DNA of 64,000 bases from Nemertoderma westbladi (taxonomy: Eukaryota; Animalia; Xenacoelomorpha): assembly GCA_032718475.1 (NCBI GenBank), contig JAUCBJ010006701.1, positions 62,001 through 126,000 of the forward strand, written 5' to 3'. Each line of letters begins with the position of its first letter. The first letter of the stretch is position 1. This document shows, piece after piece, positions 60,389 to 64,000 of this stretch. The translations under genes were made by a program, and so were the position numbers. The notes beneath the pieces are model-generated. The model did no database searches and had not been told where the DNA came from. It worked only from the letters and a program-made list of their open reading frames with translations.

Positions 60389-61838
60389 ATTGTCGTTCCC
60401 GTCCGGGTGCTCCTACGCTTCCTTCCTTCTTCCGTTCCTGAATTTGGCGATGTCTTACCTCTAACTGATCCAAATCATGTCCGTCACGAGATCTCATTGA
60501 TCGATCGCGGGCCTTTTGATCCAGATCCTCCTCGGCGTTCGCTAATTCTCTCGCCTTCTTCTCGAGTTCGAAATGAAGTTTAGCTGTCTTCTCTCGTTGT
60601 TCCGTTTGTTGTCGTTGCGCCTCAAACTCCGCTTGTCGTATAGCGGATTGAGCTTTTATTTGCCGTGTTTTCATTTCGGCCCGCGCTTCCGAAACTAACC
60701 TTTCTCATTCTAATTCCGCCGCTGCCGTTTGTCGCTCTAATTCCGCCGTTTGTCGCTCTAATTCCGCCGCTGCCGTTTGTCGCTCTAGTTCGGCCGCTGC
60801 GTTTCGTTGCGCTAAATCAGCCGCTGCCGTTCGTTGAGCAATGTCTACCTCTAACCTTTCTACTTCAGCTGCTTCTAATTCAGCTTGTTCCTGTAGATGA
60901 GAGATTCTCGCTACATTCGCAACGCGTAGCTTCTCTTCTTCTACTGCTGCCTGCATCACTAGAAGTTGAGCTTGTTCCTCCATTTCTCGTCGTTGTCGGT
61001 AGAATTCTTGCTGTTTTCGAGCAACTTCTGACGTAACCATACTTCCCTCGCCAATTTCGCTACGAATACTTACCAACGATTGATCCAATATTCCCGTTGC
61101 CGATTCGATTCGTACGGGTGAAGTTTCCCTCGTATATTCCGGCACGGTTTCCAAATCGCCGACGTCTTCGCCGCACATACGTAAGTGATCCGTCAGGTGT
61201 TTCAATTGTCCATCCAGTCGGTACAGTTCCTGTTCTTCCTCGGGTTGTAATAATTCGTCCGAAACTGACTCACCTAACAACTGGTCTGCTTGTTCCTGTT
61301 GTATCTGCCTAATCGTCGACTTAAACTGAATCAGTTTCTCTCTAGCGATCATTAGTTTCTCGAGGATTCTAAGTTGAGTATCCATGTCCTGTCTCTGTCT
61401 AGCTAGATCTTGTAGACCAATTAGGTTATCTACGGACTTGTGTACTCTACTTTGTACTCTAACCTGGAGGGTGTAGAACTCGAATCGAGACATCGGAGCG
61501 GTCAACTCGTTTAATATGCGTTGGCCTTCTCCAATACTCCTGGTTATATGCGCCATGTAACCTCCGACGCTTCTAACCACACTTTCTGTGCTTCCTGCTG
61601 AACTTACCAGGTCCGTTTCCCTGTATCTAGGTTGCGGAACAGTTAGAAAGTCCTCGGTCCTGCCGTCGCCTCGTACTACGGCATCCGGTACTCCCGTTGG
61701 ATGTACTGGTGACGCGCACGGTGTAGGTTCGGTAGGCTCGCGAGTCTTCCCCTGTTGTTCTTCCGCTGCTGACTTATCCGCGTCACATGAGTCATAGTCG
61801 GTTTGTGTATTCTTCGTATAGTCTTGTTTGTCACTCAT
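60389..61838 (-). pseudogene. gag: A2 Gag N-terminus (coiled coil, ELERQTAAA repeats) with one in-frame TGA
   Basis: ORFs 60705-61838 and 60339-60674 are in the same frame. MAHITR resembles AGHITR in C Gag. Confidence 0.88.
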
Positions 61839-62636
61839 TTCGGTAGTTGTAAGTCAAGTAAAGTGAGTGTCAAAGTATCAAACTTACCGTATTTTATCTA
61901 AACGGTACTAATTACAGTCATATAAAATTAGCCTACCGGCCGATTTTATAGCAGATGGATAAAATTAGCCTAAACGGCCAATTTTACAGCAAATAAATGT
62001 CACGGAATAAGTATATAATAAAATTAGCCTAGCGGCCAATTTTATAATAAATAAATCGGATAACGATATGCGTTATCAAAAGGTAAATTAAATACAATAA
62101 TTACGGACTAATTCAGCAATGAACAAAGAAATCATACGGAATGCATAAATACTTGAGACAGTGGAACCCACAATAATTTTAACTAATACGGTAATGCCTA
62201 ACTTATTTATGCAACTTTTCGAACTCACCCACTCCAATAATTCTCCAGAAAAACAGATTCCCACATACAAACCGGACGTGAACCTTTCCGTTTTCAGCGT
62301 TGCGGACGAAACGCGATTTTCCCAACCAAAGTTGTTGAGTTATCTATCTCCCAAACTTGCTAATCACGGTCTTGCTCCCGTTACAGTCTAGAAATGAGTT
62401 CTGAATCCTGAAAAACAAAAGAGTTAGGTTTTGCTTTTACGAAAATTTTGTACCGGTACAATATGGTATTTAAACCCTTTTAAACACCGGTATTCAATTC
62501 CAAAAATATTTTACACGCGGTTCAAATCAAATTTTATTTCAAAAAATTAGCACTTAGCTAATCAAATATAAACTTTTACCTCAAAATACAAAATTTTCAA
62601 ATAACTTTAGTCCTACCGAACCGTAGTTCAGTAAAA

Positions 62637-62647
62637 CATATTCCTAC
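62637..62647 (-). promoter_or_regulatory. Non-tRNA PBS of A2 (sense GTAGGAATATG)
   Basis: Abuts the LTR end at 62648. Exact 11-nt complement of LTR sequence at 63701-63711. Confidence 0.78.
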
Positions 62648-64000
62648 TATTAGAAGAGATACCGTATTCCTACTAATGCGAAGAGACGGTAACAATACCT
62701 GCAATATCCTACTGTAAAGTTTGTGAATCAAATCATAAATCCGACCTTCTCACCAAAACAGTAAACTCTAAGTAAGCGAATATATTGCAGTATCGATTTC
62801 TTATTACCGGTGAGGCAGAAAACAGTTTACGAGCAGACAAACTTCGATAAAACAAAATCCCGCGCAGCGAATCCTAAAATCAGGCTGACTCACTGACGGA
62901 CTAAGAGGCTCGTATACTTTGCCGCGGTGTGATTTATATGGTTGGGCAAAGGGACGCTAGCTAGGTACAGAGGCAGAGATTTGGAGATGTCTAACTAGCG
63001 GGCAAAACACAGTAAGGACGAAAGTTAATTTTATATATTTTGAGGTGTAAATAATTTCTAACGCGCGTGTGTTAATTCTGAACGGTCAAAAGCAGTTTTG
63101 CTCCTTCACATATATAATTACTGGGTACGGTGTGCATTTTACGAATATTCTAATTTTGTAACTTGTAGGTCCAATACTCACGAATGATAAGGTTCCTTCC
63201 CCTCTTGCGTATTTCCAGGACTCAAATTCAGGCATAAGGTTAATGCTACGCCCAGAATTCGGCAATTTTTAATTTACCAGGCCCCTAATACTAAGAAGAA
63301 ATGTGTTAGTTTACTACAGTAGGCGTACGGTTACTAATAGCTATCCTGGCTCTTGTCTAGAATTTTAGTCACCTAGGTAGGCTGGGTAACTTCCTATTAG
63401 GACGTTGGCGGGGACACGGTAGATGTTAGTATATCCCTAATAGCCTCAATTTATTTGCGCCTAGTTGTAAACTGCCCTACCGCCTGAACGGTACAATCCC
63501 AATTCAGGTGAAACACAACGACCCTCCTAGCCTACAAGTTCTAATGCAATGGACACCGTTGTACTGCAAATAGTCACAGACGCACCTGCACTTAGCAAGA
63601 GTTAGGCGTACAGTTTGCTGCACCCTACCAATGTGTATGCCTTGTACCGGTGTGCCTACGTCCTATCTGCGTACTAGTATCTGCCTGCTCTCCTCCCCCC
63701 GTAGGAATATGAAGGTCTACTGTGGTTTTTTCCTGAATCAAGACAGTACAGTCCCTAAGATGTAATTTTAGGCTCACAGCTTGTCACTACTTCTACCTTT
63801 GATCTTTGGTCTTACGCTTAGGTAGCAAGGCGTCGAACGCTGTCTAACCTTTCAGGCGATGGGCGAATAACTAAGGTGGTATTGCGGGTTGTCTCCTGTC
63901 TACATTCCTTTGATGTTCCCGTTCATTGCTGCGGCCCGATCTCTAGCCGGCCATCCTGTTCCTAAGAGTGTTCACCGTAGTGAATCATGGTGAAAAGAAA
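62648..64000 (-). repeat. 5' LTR of A2 (partial, >1.35 kb)
   Basis: Matches 33645-33976 directly and 5781-7090 inverted. Confidence 0.87.

Larger units (their letters stand above)
33645..64000 (-). mobile_element. BEL/Pao retrotransposon family A, copy A2 (5' LTR runs out of the window; interrupted by D)
   Basis: LTR segments 33645-33976 and 62648-62979 differ at about 1 base. gag-pol and the accessory ORF lie between them. Confidence 0.92.

Noticed and set aside
60705-60707. Programmed stop-codon readthrough in A2 gag (also 16910, 10444, 7154)
   Set aside because: Each stop is one substitution from the sense codon seen in a paralogue or repeat unit (CGA, CAA, TCA), consistent with ordinary decay.
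7121-61797. Numerous 60-250 aa ORFs antisense to or overlapping gag-pol
   Set aside because: They are shadow ORFs of GC-rich or repetitive coding sequence with no recognisable motifs. Their recurrence only reflects the B/D and A1/A2 duplication.

Overview
This is a eukaryotic, probably invertebrate, repeat nest with no intact host gene. The oldest layer is about 0.8 kb of a decayed Polinton/Maverick: the C-terminus of a protein-primed PolB plus a TBP-like ORF, now split into 15003-15393 and 33212-33644. Five copies of three very large BEL/Pao LTR-retrotransposon families sit in and around it. A1 is at 1-7090 (+). B is at 7095-15002 (-). C is at 15394-33211 (-, TSD CAGTA). A2 runs from 33645 to beyond 64000 (-). 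D, the same family as B, is at 46065-60388 (-, TSD ATTGT) and is nested in A2 gag. A 5'-truncated RTE-type LINE with a 47-bp TSD interrupts C pol. Two features shared by all three families suggest an unusual replication system. (1) None has a tRNA-type (TGG...) primer-binding site. Instead the 9-11 nt abutting the 5' LTR start with GTA and are the reverse complement of a family-specific sequence inside that family's own LTR, which implies self-priming. (2) Each family carries, at the env position, a large ORF encoding a WRN/RNase D-type DEDDy 3'-5' exonuclease; three CCHC knuckles follow it in A and D, and that region is deleted in C. All protein assignments come from motif recognition by eye; no database search was run.
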